A stretch of DNA of 32,000 nt from Desulfocapsa sulfexigens DSM 10523 (GTDB lineage Bacteria; Desulfobacterota; Desulfobulbia; Desulfobulbales; Desulfocapsaceae), in NCBI RefSeq assembly GCF_000341395.1, contig NC_020304.1:2340001-2372000 (forward strand). The letters are read 5' to 3'. The notes below the pieces were generated by a model. It searched no databases. It was not told the DNA's origin and saw nothing but the letters and a program-made list of their open reading frames with translations. This document shows, piece by piece, positions 23,662 through 32,000 of the stretch (positions are counted from its first letter, which is position 1; every line of letters starts with the position of its first letter). The translations under genes were made by a program, and so were the position numbers.

Positions 23662-24327
23662 CTATCGGAAGTATCGGGTGAATGACTTTGTTTCCTCACG
23701 GGGGGTACGATAACTGTTGATCTGGGCCTCCTTGTCCTCATATCCCAGAGCCATACCACAAAGCAGGATTGTATCCTGCGGATAGCCCAGTGTGCTCTTA
23801 ATAATTTCAGGATAATCGGCAAGGGATGCCTGGGTACAGGTTGCCAGGTTATAATCCAGAGCTGCAAGCATCACCGATTGCAGGAACATACCGCAGTCAA
23901 GATATGATCCCGTTTCCATTGCAGAGTCCATAAAAAAAAGCAGCATCACTGGGGCATCGAAGGAGCGATAGTTTGCAGCCCATTGATCAAGACGGCGCTG
24001 CTTGTCACGCCGTGCTATGTTAAGAGTGTCGTACATCTGCTGTCCGCAATGGATACGACGAAGTTTGTATGGATTTTCCCATTCCTTTGGATAGTACTGG
24101 TAGTCAGCATTTCCTCTATCACCTCTTCGGAAACTCTGCTCTATCTGCTGTTGCAGCTTCTTTTTTGTTTCTCCCGAGACAACAGCCACCTGCCAGGGCT
24201 GAATATTGGCACCAGATGGTGCGTGGCTGGCGGCAGCAAGGATGGCATTAATCTTTTCTTCTTCAACGTCCTTGTTAAGAAAAGCACGTACTGATCGTCG
24301 TTGTTGCAGGGCTTCAATTGTATTCAT
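23662..24327 (-). CDS. Oxygen-insensitive NAD(P)H nitroreductase-family protein
   Basis: 221 aa from ATG 24327 (MNTIEALQQRRSVRAFLNKDV...SHAPSGANIQPWQ). The longer track ORF up to 24396 would run through the rubrerythrin terminator. Confidence 0.85.
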   Translation of the reverse strand: MNTIEALQQRRSVRAFLNKDVEEEKINAILAAASHAPSGANIQPWQVAVVSGETKKKLQQQIEQSFRRGDRGNADYQYYPKEWENPYKLRRIHCGQQMYDTLNIARRDKQRRLDQWAANYRSFDAPVMLLFFMDSAMETGSYLDCGMFLQSVMLAALDYNLATCTQASLADYPEIIKSTLGYPQDTILLCGMALGYEDKEAQINSYRTPREETKSFTRYFR

Positions 24328-24370
24328 GGTGAAAATCCAGCTTGATACTGGTGTCCGGCTGTATGGAAGA

Positions 24371-24402
24371 ATAAAAAAAGCCCCTGTGCAGAACACAGAG
24401 GC
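24371..24402 (-). terminator. Rho-independent terminator after the rubrerythrin gene
   Basis: The minus strand reads GCCTCTGTG-TTCTG-CACAGGGGC (9-bp stem with one G-U pair), followed by TTTTTTTAT. Confidence 0.75.
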
Positions 24403-24447
24403 TTCAGAGGCTTAACTCAGTGAGGCTGCTTTAAAACTCATTTTGTT

Positions 24448-24996
24448 TTAGGCGAAGTATCTTTCCAGCAGGCCCTTAAAGGCCATACCGTGTCGGGCTT
24501 CATCTTTGCACATCTCATGGACAGTGTCATGGATGGCATCAAGATTCTGTTTCTTGGCTTCAACAGCAAGGTCTTTTTTTCCCTGACATGCGCCATGCTC
24601 TGCGGCAACTCGTGCTTCAAGGTTTTCCTTAGTGGATGCGACAACTACTTCACCTAGCATTTCGGCGAATTTAGAGGCATGCTCCGCCTCTTCCCATGCA
24701 ATACGTTTGTAGGCTTCAGCGACTTCAGGGTAGCCTTCGCGGTCTGCCTGACGACTCATGGCAAGATACATGCCGACCTCGGTACATTCACCGGTAAAGT
24801 TAGCACGTAAGCCCTCAATAATTGCCGGATCAACATCCTTGGCAACACCAATTACATGCTCATCAGCCCATGCCATTTCCCCTTCCACAGCTTCTTTAAA
24901 CTTATCAGCGCTTGCGCCGCACTGTGGGCATTTATCTGGTGCACTGTCACCTTCATGGGTATAGCCACAGACTGAACAAGTAAATTTTTTCATCAT
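24448..24996 (-). CDS. rbr: Reverse rubrerythrin (N-terminal rubredoxin-like domain, C-terminal diiron four-helix bundle)
   Basis: CSVCGY...CPQCG at the N-terminus. Two E...ExxH diiron motifs (ECTEVGMY...EEAEHASKF; AAEHGA...[10 protein letters not shown]). GGAG precedes the tandem ATG ATG (24996/24993). Confidence 0.9.
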   Translation of the reverse strand: MMKKFTCSVCGYTHEGDSAPDKCPQCGASADKFKEAVEGEMAWADEHVIGVAKDVDPAIIEGLRANFTGECTEVGMYLAMSRQADREGYPEVAEAYKRIAWEEAEHASKFAEMLGEVVVASTKENLEARVAAEHGACQGKKDLAVEAKKQNLDAIHDTVHEMCKDEARHGMAFKGLLERYFA

Positions 24997-25154
24997 AATT
25001 CTCCATGTTGTTGTTAATGTATTCATATAAATAACTATTCCCACATGGTATCAATTTCTAAAATAATTGCAAGAAAATAGTGAGTACTTTTTTGAATTTT
25101 CTATCGTTTATTGTGAAGAATTTCGAGAAGGTACTTACACTGGCTTGTTTCCCC

Positions 25155-26585
25155 TTATGTATTCCCGGTGGTTGATTCGTTATCTTCCTGCTGCTTAGGG
25201 GAAAAATCTTTATCTAAGATGGTTTTTGCCTGGTTGATGAGATCCATTGCAGCCTTACCACCCATGGTTTCGGGAACTGAATTACCAAGAATTGCAGAAA
25301 AAATTTCCCGGTAATTCAGTTTTTCTGCAGGGCCTGACGGGAGGAGGCGTCCCTTTTCTGTACTGACAACCGTCTGTGACAGTAGGAGTTTTTCCAGGCT
25401 GCTGAAGAGAAGTGTGGCGGAATATGCAGGGTAATGGATGGGCAGTTCTTTTCTATGCAATGGCGTTTTTCTGCTGTAATAGTCATAGATGGTGTTCAGA
25501 ATGTCAAAGGCAGCGCTCAGTTGTTCAAGTGGTGAATGAGTGAGTTTTTTTAACTGATACTTCCGGTGCTGTTGACAAGCAAAGGCCAGTTGGGCCCCCC
25601 CTAGTATAAAAACCCAGCCAAGGAACATCCATACCAGGAAAAGTGGCAAGGTGGCAAAAGAGCCATAGATTGCATTATATTTGGAAACTCCAATTTGGAG
25701 ACCGATATACAGATTCTGGGTGAGAAACCAGAGAGTACCCGCGAAGAGAGCGCCGACAAAGGCAGGCCCGAGCTTTACTTTGGTGTTAGGAAAAAAAATG
25801 TAAATCAAAAAGAGGGTAAGGGTAATAAAAAAAAGTGGGATAAAAAGCAGCAGGCCGGTTTCTATCCAGGGGCCAGGGAGAAAGTTTAGAAATTTATCGA
25901 GTAGCATGTCATTTTTCAGCACTGCATTGGCGGCAAATCCAAAGTTGATCGAGAGTGGCATGAGGATAAGGAATGTGAGGTAATCCGTAACCTTTCTGAG
26001 CAGTGATCTTCCCGAGGAAACATGCCATATGGTATTCATCGAAAGTTCGATGTTGGAGAGTACCAGGATAGCACTGAGGAGAACACCGAGAACACCAATC
26101 GAACCAAGAGTTGCAAAGTCTGTGTTGTCAACATAGGTGAACATCTGATCTGCTGCCGCCCGGAACTGATCGGTGAGTGGCTCATCTGTCTGGGGGGAGG
26201 TAATGGTTGTATCAGGCTGGCTGGCTTGTTCGCCTGGAAGTTTTTCAATTACTTCAGGTATGGCCAGGTGAGTAAGCGGTGTCGTTTCTTCAAGGGTATT
26301 CAGATAGCTGTAAACAACCTGTCGTAATTCATCTCCACCGCCAAGCCCTTTGACAACGGCGGTACCCATCGCGAGCATGGGAACCAGTGAAAGGAGTATG
26401 GTGTAGGTCAGGGCACTTGCACGAATGTTCAGATCATTGCTGTTGAATTCTTTGAATGTGATAAGGACGATCCGAATGAGAGTATGAAGCCAGGTCAGAG
26501 AGAAAGGAGCAGTCTGAAGTGGGGTGCTTGCCCAGTTAAGAAGTCGTCCAGTGACGGAAGAGCGTGCTGTTTTTTTATCTGACAT
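25155..26585 (-). CDS. YihY/BrkB-family integral membrane protein with an internal acidic insert and a C-terminal soluble extension
   Basis: 476 aa. Family-like ASALTYTILLSLVPMLAM and YGSFATLPLFLVWMFLGWVFILGGAQLAF. About 110 extra C-terminal residues. Confidence 0.8.
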   Translation of the reverse strand: MSDKKTARSSVTGRLLNWASTPLQTAPFSLTWLHTLIRIVLITFKEFNSNDLNIRASALTYTILLSLVPMLAMGTAVVKGLGGGDELRQVVYSYLNTLEETTPLTHLAIPEVIEKLPGEQASQPDTTITSPQTDEPLTDQFRAAADQMFTYVDNTDFATLGSIGVLGVLLSAILVLSNIELSMNTIWHVSSGRSLLRKVTDYLTFLILMPLSINFGFAANAVLKNDMLLDKFLNFLPGPWIETGLLLFIPLFFITLTLFLIYIFFPNTKVKLGPAFVGALFAGTLWFLTQNLYIGLQIGVSKYNAIYGSFATLPLFLVWMFLGWVFILGGAQLAFACQQHRKYQLKKLTHSPLEQLSAAFDILNTIYDYYSRKTPLHRKELPIHYPAYSATLLFSSLEKLLLSQTVVSTEKGRLLPSGPAEKLNYREIFSAILGNSVPETMGGKAAMDLINQAKTILDKDFSPKQQEDNESTTGNT

Positions 26586-26620
26586 AGGGGGGCTTCAGGA
26601 AGCCTGGGTGGTTTTGTTGT

Positions 26621-28765
26621 TTAACTGGGAGAATTTAACCATTTGTCCAGCATATTAAAAACAATGTCTCTTTTGATTGGTTTAGTTATGTAATCATTCA
26701 TGCCTGCCTCAAGGCAGAGTTCGCGATCGCCTTTCATGGCATTGGCGGTCATGGCCAGGATAGGAATGCTGGTATATCCCAGTTTGCGAATCTGCCGGGT
26801 GGCTTCATATCCATCCATTTCCGGCATCTGCACATCCATAAGGATGGTGTCAAACAAGTCCGGGGTGCTGCTGAACATATCAACCGCAATCTTTCCATTG
26901 GCAGCAACTTCAACGTTGTATCCGGCCTTGGTCAGGATCATGCTTGCAAGCTTCTGATTGACCAGATTATCCTCAACAAGAAGAATCCTGATCGATTGCT
27001 TTATTTCTTCCCGCACTGAATACTGAGTCACCAGTTTCTTTTCTGCTGCAGGATCAATTTCATCTCCGCCTGTGCCGAGGGTTCTTGAAAGGGTGCGGAG
27101 CAGGATGGCTCGTCGCGCCGGTTTGTTGAGGAATGCCGTAAACCCGGCATCCTTACACTTTTTAGCAATTTTTTCCGTTGATGAGGTGTAGGCAAGAAAA
27201 GGGATATCTCTACTTTTAAGGTTTGACTCCCTGATTATCCTGGCCAGTTCAAATCCCGTGATGGTCGGCATCTGGAGGTCAATTATGGCAAGGTCAAAGG
27301 GGGCACCACACTCTTCTGCTTCCTTCAGAGTTGCCATGGTTTGCGTTTCATCAAGCAGGGCAGTGGTTTTGATACCAGCATTATTGAGAAGGTGAACGAG
27401 GATTTCATTGTTTGCTGCATTATCATCCACAATAAGCATTCTGGTCCCCTCAAGATCCAGTTGTTTGAGCGTTTTTGCACGTGAAATTGATGACTTCCGC
27501 ATCATTGCGGTGAAGTGGAAGGTGGATCCTTTTCCCTTGGTACTTTCTACCCAGACCCTTCCATCCATTAAAGAGGCGATCTTACGGCATATTGAAAGTC
27601 CAAGGCCGGTTCCTCCGTATTTTCGGGTGGTGGTGCCGTCTTCCTGTTTGAATGCTTCAAAGATCGACTCACATTTCGAGGAATCGATTCCGATCCCGGT
27701 ATCACGGATAAGAGCGTGAAGTTTGATGTTTTTGTCGTCTTCCTCCTCCACATTGATGGTTAGTTCAAGTTCACCTTTTTCAGTGAATTTTGCAGAGTTT
27801 CCAAGGAGGTTGAGCAGAACCTGGCGGAACCGGCCAGGGTCGCCACAGACATTTGCGGGCAGGTTGTCGTCGATTTTACAAAGTACTTCTATAGGTTTAC
27901 CTGAGACACGTGGTCGCACCAGTTCACAGACGTCATGGGCTGTGATTTCAGGATCAAAATCGATATATTCAAGACTCATCTGTCCGGCCTCAACTTTTGA
28001 GAAGTCGAGAATGTCATTAATAAGGCCGAGGAGTGCTTCCCCGCTTCGTTTGATTGTTTCTGCACTGTCCCGCTGCTCTTCGTCAAGTTCGGTTTGCAGG
28101 AGCATTTCGGTGAATCCAATAACGCCGTTCATTGGTGTCCTGATTTCATGACTCATGGAGGCAAGGAATTCACTTTTGGCAACGGAAGCCGATTCAGCTG
28201 CAACCTTGGCTTTGCGTAACTCTTTTGTCTGGAGTTCTATTTCTGTTTGCAGGGTCTTTGAATAATTTTCCTGCTGCTCTTGGATAATCCGATAACTTTT
28301 TTCGTTATCTTCGAGTGTGGCCTGGTATTTTGCTTCAAGAACTGAAAACTTACGATCAAACTGTTTTTTCTGGATTTCCAGTTTTTTCTGAGCCGCTACT
28401 GTTTTCTGGTGGCCTCCAAAGAGCCTGCAACAGAACTGGATATTGTCGATACATGTATCATCCGTGTGCGTGGGACAGGTGAAGTACAGGGTGGCCTTTA
28501 TTTCTGGAAGAGCTATGGCCGACCAGTTGTTGTCCTCTGTACTGACAACTGCGTATTCCTCCCTGTTCTCTTGCAGCAGTTTCTGGAGTTTCTCGCTAAT
28601 GGAAGTATCTGGAGCAGAGCCGCTCTTTTTACTGTGTGTTTGGCCCTTGTTGTCGATGCAGATAGCGAAACAATTGGGTACGGAAATGAAAAGGAGGTGC
28701 AGCAGTTCATTGATTTCCTTCTCGTACGAGCTGACTGTGTCAAAAATAGAGAAATTATCAGTCAT
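26621..28765 (-). CDS. Cytoplasmic hybrid histidine kinase with an unassigned N-terminal domain, coiled coil, HisKA, HATPase and two REC domains
   Basis: H-box [19 protein letters not shown] boxes ([26 protein letters not shown]). REC1 has [14 protein letters not shown] and REC2 has [14 protein letters not shown]. No TM segment. Confidence 0.9.
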   Translation of the reverse strand: MTDNFSIFDTVSSYEKEINELLHLLFISVPNCFAICIDNKGQTHSKKSGSAPDTSISEKLQKLLQENREEYAVVSTEDNNWSAIALPEIKATLYFTCPTHTDDTCIDNIQFCCRLFGGHQKTVAAQKKLEIQKKQFDRKFSVLEAKYQATLEDNEKSYRIIQEQQENYSKTLQTEIELQTKELRKAKVAAESASVAKSEFLASMSHEIRTPMNGVIGFTEMLLQTELDEEQRDSAETIKRSGEALLGLINDILDFSKVEAGQMSLEYIDFDPEITAHDVCELVRPRVSGKPIEVLCKIDDNLPANVCGDPGRFRQVLLNLLGNSAKFTEKGELELTINVEEEDDKNIKLHALIRDTGIGIDSSKCESIFEAFKQEDGTTTRKYGGTGLGLSICRKIASLMDGRVWVESTKGKGSTFHFTAMMRKSSISRAKTLKQLDLEGTRMLIVDDNAANNEILVHLLNNAGIKTTALLDETQTMATLKEAEECGAPFDLAIIDLQMPTITGFELARIIRESNLKSRDIPFLAYTSSTEKIAKKCKDAGFTAFLNKPARRAILLRTLSRTLGTGGDEIDPAAEKKLVTQYSVREEIKQSIRILLVEDNLVNQKLASMILTKAGYNVEVAANGKIAVDMFSSTPDLFDTILMDVQMPEMDGYEATRQIRKLGYTSIPILAMTANAMKGDRELCLEAGMNDYITKPIKRDIVFNMLDKWLNSPS

Positions 28766-28773
28766 GAAAATTC

Positions 28774-29613
28774 CTAGCCTCCGTAGAGGTCCTGGGCCTT
28801 ACTCATTTCTTCGGGGAGATCTTCAATGAGTACTTTGTATTCGTCCATGTTATCCTGCATGTGAATAACAAGATGAGAGGGAAGTTTCGGAGTAATGTTG
28901 GAGAGGGCTGTGTAGCCAAGTTGGCCGGTGATATATTCGGCAATCTGGATGATTCCGGTCAGGCTTGAGGGGGCGAAATCGCCACTTTCGAGGTGGTGGT
29001 CGCGGATGGCTTCCTGGATGGTTTCTGGCATTTCCCAGTCAATGGTAAGCTGGTACCCTATTTCACAGTGATCGGTCCCCATATGCTCCTGTTCATGACT
29101 GGTGAGAGAATCTCCGTCTTCACAGGCATCACAGGCGGCAAAGAAATTCTTCGGATCAACCTGTGATTCGACGATAAGCCCAAAGTCATGCAGAATTCCA
29201 CAGAGATACGCATCATCCCCGTTTGCTCCAAAAATTCTTTCAGCAATCATCTTGGCGCAGATGGAAACAGCAGCACAGTGCAACCAGAGTTTCTCCCTGG
29301 AGAAGGACTGTGATTGTCCCTTCTCCTGGAAAATACTTTTCAGAGCATCGGTTACTGCCAGGTTGTGAAGATTTTTCATACCCAGGTAAGCAACAGCTCT
29401 ACCGATGGAGTCAACCCTCTGAGAGAGACCATAGAAAGGTGAGTTGACAAGTCGCAACAGGCGTACTACCAGAACGGGATCCATCTTGATGACATCTTCA
29501 AAATCCTTCATTGTGGAATTTTCGTCTGCAATGAGGCGGGACAGGTTTGTTACCACATGAGGAAGTGTTTTAATGTCTTTGAATTTTCTAATGAACTTCT
29601 TTGCTTTTGACAT
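28774..29613 (-). CDS. HDOD-domain signalling protein
   Basis: [47 protein letters not shown] and GILHDFG blocks. It ends 8 nt before the kinase start. Confidence 0.85.
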   Translation of the reverse strand: MSKAKKFIRKFKDIKTLPHVVTNLSRLIADENSTMKDFEDVIKMDPVLVVRLLRLVNSPFYGLSQRVDSIGRAVAYLGMKNLHNLAVTDALKSIFQEKGQSQSFSREKLWLHCAAVSICAKMIAERIFGANGDDAYLCGILHDFGLIVESQVDPKNFFAACDACEDGDSLTSHEQEHMGTDHCEIGYQLTIDWEMPETIQEAIRDHHLESGDFAPSSLTGIIQIAEYITGQLGYTALSNITPKLPSHLVIHMQDNMDEYKVLIEDLPEEMSKAQDLYGG

Positions 29614-29636
29614 ATATAACCTATTATTTTGGGAAA

Positions 29637-30062
29637 TTAATCAGCCATTATCTCCTTCTTGGTGATCGCTTCCGCCTTGACCCGGTCAAGCAGCTCTGCC
29701 AGTACCGGTTTGATGTTTTCACGAATATCCCCTGCGACAATGAGGTAGAGCAGGTCGTCACCCGGGAGGAAGCGTCCGCTGAGAGCTTCTGTGACAATGT
29801 CAAATATTCCTTCACGCTTGAGAAATTCCTGGCGAATGGCCTCGATTTTTTCAAGATCCGGTGTGACTTCAAGGGCCACAACGGTTTTTTTGTTGTTGGC
29901 ACGTGACCAGGCGCGTACGGTGCCATTATGTATGAGGATCATCCCAACATTTTCATTAAAACCGGGTTGTTGTTTCATCTCTGCAATACGTTTTGAAATA
30001 TCCAATGTGGACTCCTTTTGCGTTGATATATTGTGAGTAAAAGCTTTTGTGATTGATTGCAT
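29637..30062 (-). CDS. MoaE-like (molybdopterin synthase large-subunit fold) protein
   Basis: 141 aa from ATG 30062, which overlaps the mltD-like stop as TGATG. It aligns by eye with E. coli MoaE blocks (IHNGTVRAW; LPGDDLLYLIVAG; LLDRVKAEAITKKE). Confidence 0.55.
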   Translation of the reverse strand: MQSITKAFTHNISTQKESTLDISKRIAEMKQQPGFNENVGMILIHNGTVRAWSRANNKKTVVALEVTPDLEKIEAIRQEFLKREGIFDIVTEALSGRFLPGDDLLYLIVAGDIRENIKPVLAELLDRVKAEAITKKEIMAD

Positions 30063-31984
30063 CAAATAGCCTTCACTATCGGAATTGTCAATCGTTGTGA
30101 AGATTGAAGACTGCTGAAATCGAGGTTTGCGTTGTATTTCTTTAATAGCCAGAGTGGGAGGTCGAATTTTTTTGTGCAAATTTCCCAAACAGTATCACCT
30201 TTTTTTACCGTATATGAACTGACTCCGACAATTTTGTAGGCACTAAAGAAATCTTCCTCAGTTTCCAGGTGAAAGTCAAATCGTTTTTCTTCAAATTGTT
30301 TGGCTGAGACATTATTTAAGAGAATTTTAATATCCTCGTCGGGGTGAAGTTCCCGGTTGTGAGAGAAGTTGTTTAAGTTGCGAAGCTCAGTTGCTGATAC
30401 TTGGAGCCAGTCGGCAAGGAGTTTTAGTGATTCCTCGGGGAAGACTGTTATTGTTCCCAGGGTTGTGGCGTTTGTTCTCAATATGTTTCGGACACCCAGA
30501 GAGCCCAAAACTACGCTTCGGGCTCTCTGGATATTAAGCCATTGAGGTTTTTGTTTTTTCTCGTCGGCTAGTAATGGCAGTGTCCTTGAAGCATCTACTG
30601 CGATTCTGGTTTTAGCGGGTTGATTAAATGTTTTTTGCTTTTGGGGCCGGATGGCCTGTGATGATTTTGAGGAGCTGTCAGGGATACGCAGGTTCTGTCC
30701 AACAAAAATGGCTGCGTTTTTATCAAGATTGTTGGCATGGCGTAGCGACTTGAGGCTGACCTTATACTTCTGTGCAATTTTTCCAGCGCTGTCGCCTGCT
30801 TTCACCCGGTGGAAGTTTGTTGGTTTTTGTTTTCCATGATAAATATGGGGAGGAATCTTAGCGATGAGACTTTTGTGTCGACTGGTGTATGGGAGGTGCA
30901 GGGTGTAGCCCTTGGGAATATACTTGTTTCCCTGGAAAACGGAGCGCCTGAGGGCAGGGTTGAATTGTTTGAGGGTTTGCTCGGAAATGTTAAAATGACT
31001 CAGTATATCCTGGGCAGAGATGTATGCGGGAAGGGTATACTTCAAGCTTGAACGAGGCGCCTTACGTTGAATGGCTGGATCTTTCTCAAGCCTTTTAGCT
31101 ACCTGAACAGCAGCAAGAAATTCGGAGTAAAAATTTCGTGATGCAAATTTGAAATACCCCTGTTCATAGTCTGAAAAAATTTTTTCATAGCCAGAATGGG
31201 CTTTTTGGGCTCGAAGCATTCCTGCCGGGCCATAGTTGTATGCGGTGATTGCCAGTGGCCAGTTGCCGAGGAGTTTATAGTTGTTTTTGAGGAATGTGGC
31301 AGCAGCATGGCTTGCAAGAATGGGATCCTGTCTTTCATCAACAGCATAGTCGATGTTGAGAAACTGTTCTCCCGTGGAGCGTGTGAATTGCCAAATCCCG
31401 GAGGCCCCGAATTTAGAATAGGCATTGATGTTAAATGACGATTCCACATGGGGAAGATAGGCAAGATCCAGAGGAAGACCCTGGCGTGAAAAGATGCTTT
31501 TGATCTCATCCATGTATGCTCCTGATTGAATAACACCATCAAGGAATCGATCTTTCTGGCCTATCTGAACCCGGACAGATGATGCCGCAGTTTTAAAACG
31601 CGCAGGATTGCTTGTCCCGAAGAGGGAGGCAACTCTTTTTTCCTCTCTGGTCTGTGGCTGTATGCCCTGTGCCAGTTTGGTCAGGATTTGAGTATATTTG
31701 TTTTTAATACCCTTGAAAATCGGTTGGTTGACTTTGGAGGCACCGGGCAGGCGATGGCTGAATATCGGGAGTACCTCGTAGATAATACTAAGGTCGTTGG
31801 AGTCGTGAATTACCGCTTGACTGGTGGAATACTCACTGTAGATTTTGTCCCAGAAACGGACATTTTTGGCAATAACCGGGTAGTGGGGAAAAGGGGTAGC
31901 GCCAAAAATGGGTGCTGGGCAGAGGAACAGAAAAAAGAGCAGACCGACAGGCAGGAGGCGTAATTGTGGCGAGCTTGAGATCAT
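30062..31984 (-). CDS. mltD: Membrane-bound lytic murein transglycosylase D-like protein (SLT catalytic domain plus LysM repeats)
   Basis: Signal peptide. SLT motif LPHVESSFNINAYSKFGASGIWQF...AYNYGP. LysM repeats (HRVKAGDSAGKIAQKYKVSLKSLRHANNL; YTVKKGDTVWEICTKKFDLPLWLLKKYN). Confidence 0.85.
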   Translation of the reverse strand: MISSSPQLRLLPVGLLFFLFLCPAPIFGATPFPHYPVIAKNVRFWDKIYSEYSTSQAVIHDSNDLSIIYEVLPIFSHRLPGASKVNQPIFKGIKNKYTQILTKLAQGIQPQTREEKRVASLFGTSNPARFKTAASSVRVQIGQKDRFLDGVIQSGAYMDEIKSIFSRQGLPLDLAYLPHVESSFNINAYSKFGASGIWQFTRSTGEQFLNIDYAVDERQDPILASHAAATFLKNNYKLLGNWPLAITAYNYGPAGMLRAQKAHSGYEKIFSDYEQGYFKFASRNFYSEFLAAVQVAKRLEKDPAIQRKAPRSSLKYTLPAYISAQDILSHFNISEQTLKQFNPALRRSVFQGNKYIPKGYTLHLPYTSRHKSLIAKIPPHIYHGKQKPTNFHRVKAGDSAGKIAQKYKVSLKSLRHANNLDKNAAIFVGQNLRIPDSSSKSSQAIRPQKQKTFNQPAKTRIAVDASRTLPLLADEKKQKPQWLNIQRARSVVLGSLGVRNILRTNATTLGTITVFPEESLKLLADWLQVSATELRNLNNFSHNRELHPDEDIKILLNNVSAKQFEEKRFDFHLETEEDFFSAYKIVGVSSYTVKKGDTVWEICTKKFDLPLWLLKKYNANLDFSSLQSSQRLTIPIVKAI

Positions 31985-32000
31985 TGTGAAAATAGCTTTA

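Noticed and set aside
1-32000. Scan for CRISPR arrays, IS elements, long direct repeats, rRNA genes and known defence-system genes.
   Set aside because: No regularly spaced repeats, transposase or integrase-like ORFs, rRNA-like sequence or signature defence domains were seen by eye. A repeat finder and a defence-system HMM scan would be needed to be certain.

Overview
The window is a chromosomal segment of moderate GC content. Its gene content suggests an anaerobic Desulfobacterota (Desulfobulbales-like) genome: sigma-54 enhancer-binding protein (EBP), rubrerythrin, HgdC-type activase, RACo-like ATPase and Cys-rich PAS sensors. That assignment is inference only, because no similarity search was possible and every call rests on motifs read by eye.

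Layout:
- Plus strand, 1-6.8 kb: tail of an upstream gene, proS, a relA-type long RSH, a Phd/YefM-like plus zinc-ribbon Smr gene pair, an FkpA-type PPIase, an unlisted 44-aa Cys/Lys-rich ORF with its own terminator, and a ferredoxin-nitroreductase fusion.
- Minus strand, 6.8-9.7 kb: a tightly coupled operon of crcB, an lptF/G-family permease, a dehydratase-like gene and an HgdC-like activase.
- Plus strand, 9.9-15.3 kb: a RACo-like ASKHA ATPase, a DHH/DHHA1 phosphoesterase, and a glgD-like/glgC pair.
- tRNA-Arg(CCU) on the minus strand at 15504-15580.
- Minus strand, 15.7-32 kb, listed in order of transcription: MltD-like transglycosylase, MoaE-like protein, HDOD protein, dual-REC hybrid kinase, extended YihY/BrkB protein, reverse rubrerythrin, nitroreductase, Cache-PAS-GGDEF cyclase, sigma-54 EBP, an orphan 127-aa gene, a PhnD-like binding protein, and a HAMP-PAS-PAS hybrid kinase.

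I saw no CRISPR array, transposase, integrase, rRNA or recognisable named defence system.

Most interesting candidates:
- A correctly spaced sigma-54 promoter plus perfect palindrome between the EBP gene and the orphan 127-aa gene. It predicts a leaderless transcript and ties together a multi-sensor signalling cluster.
- The antitoxin-like/Smr cassette directly after relA.
- The unannotated Cys/Lys-rich micro-ORF.
- The envelope/fluoride genes translationally coupled to a divergent activase/dehydratase-like pair.
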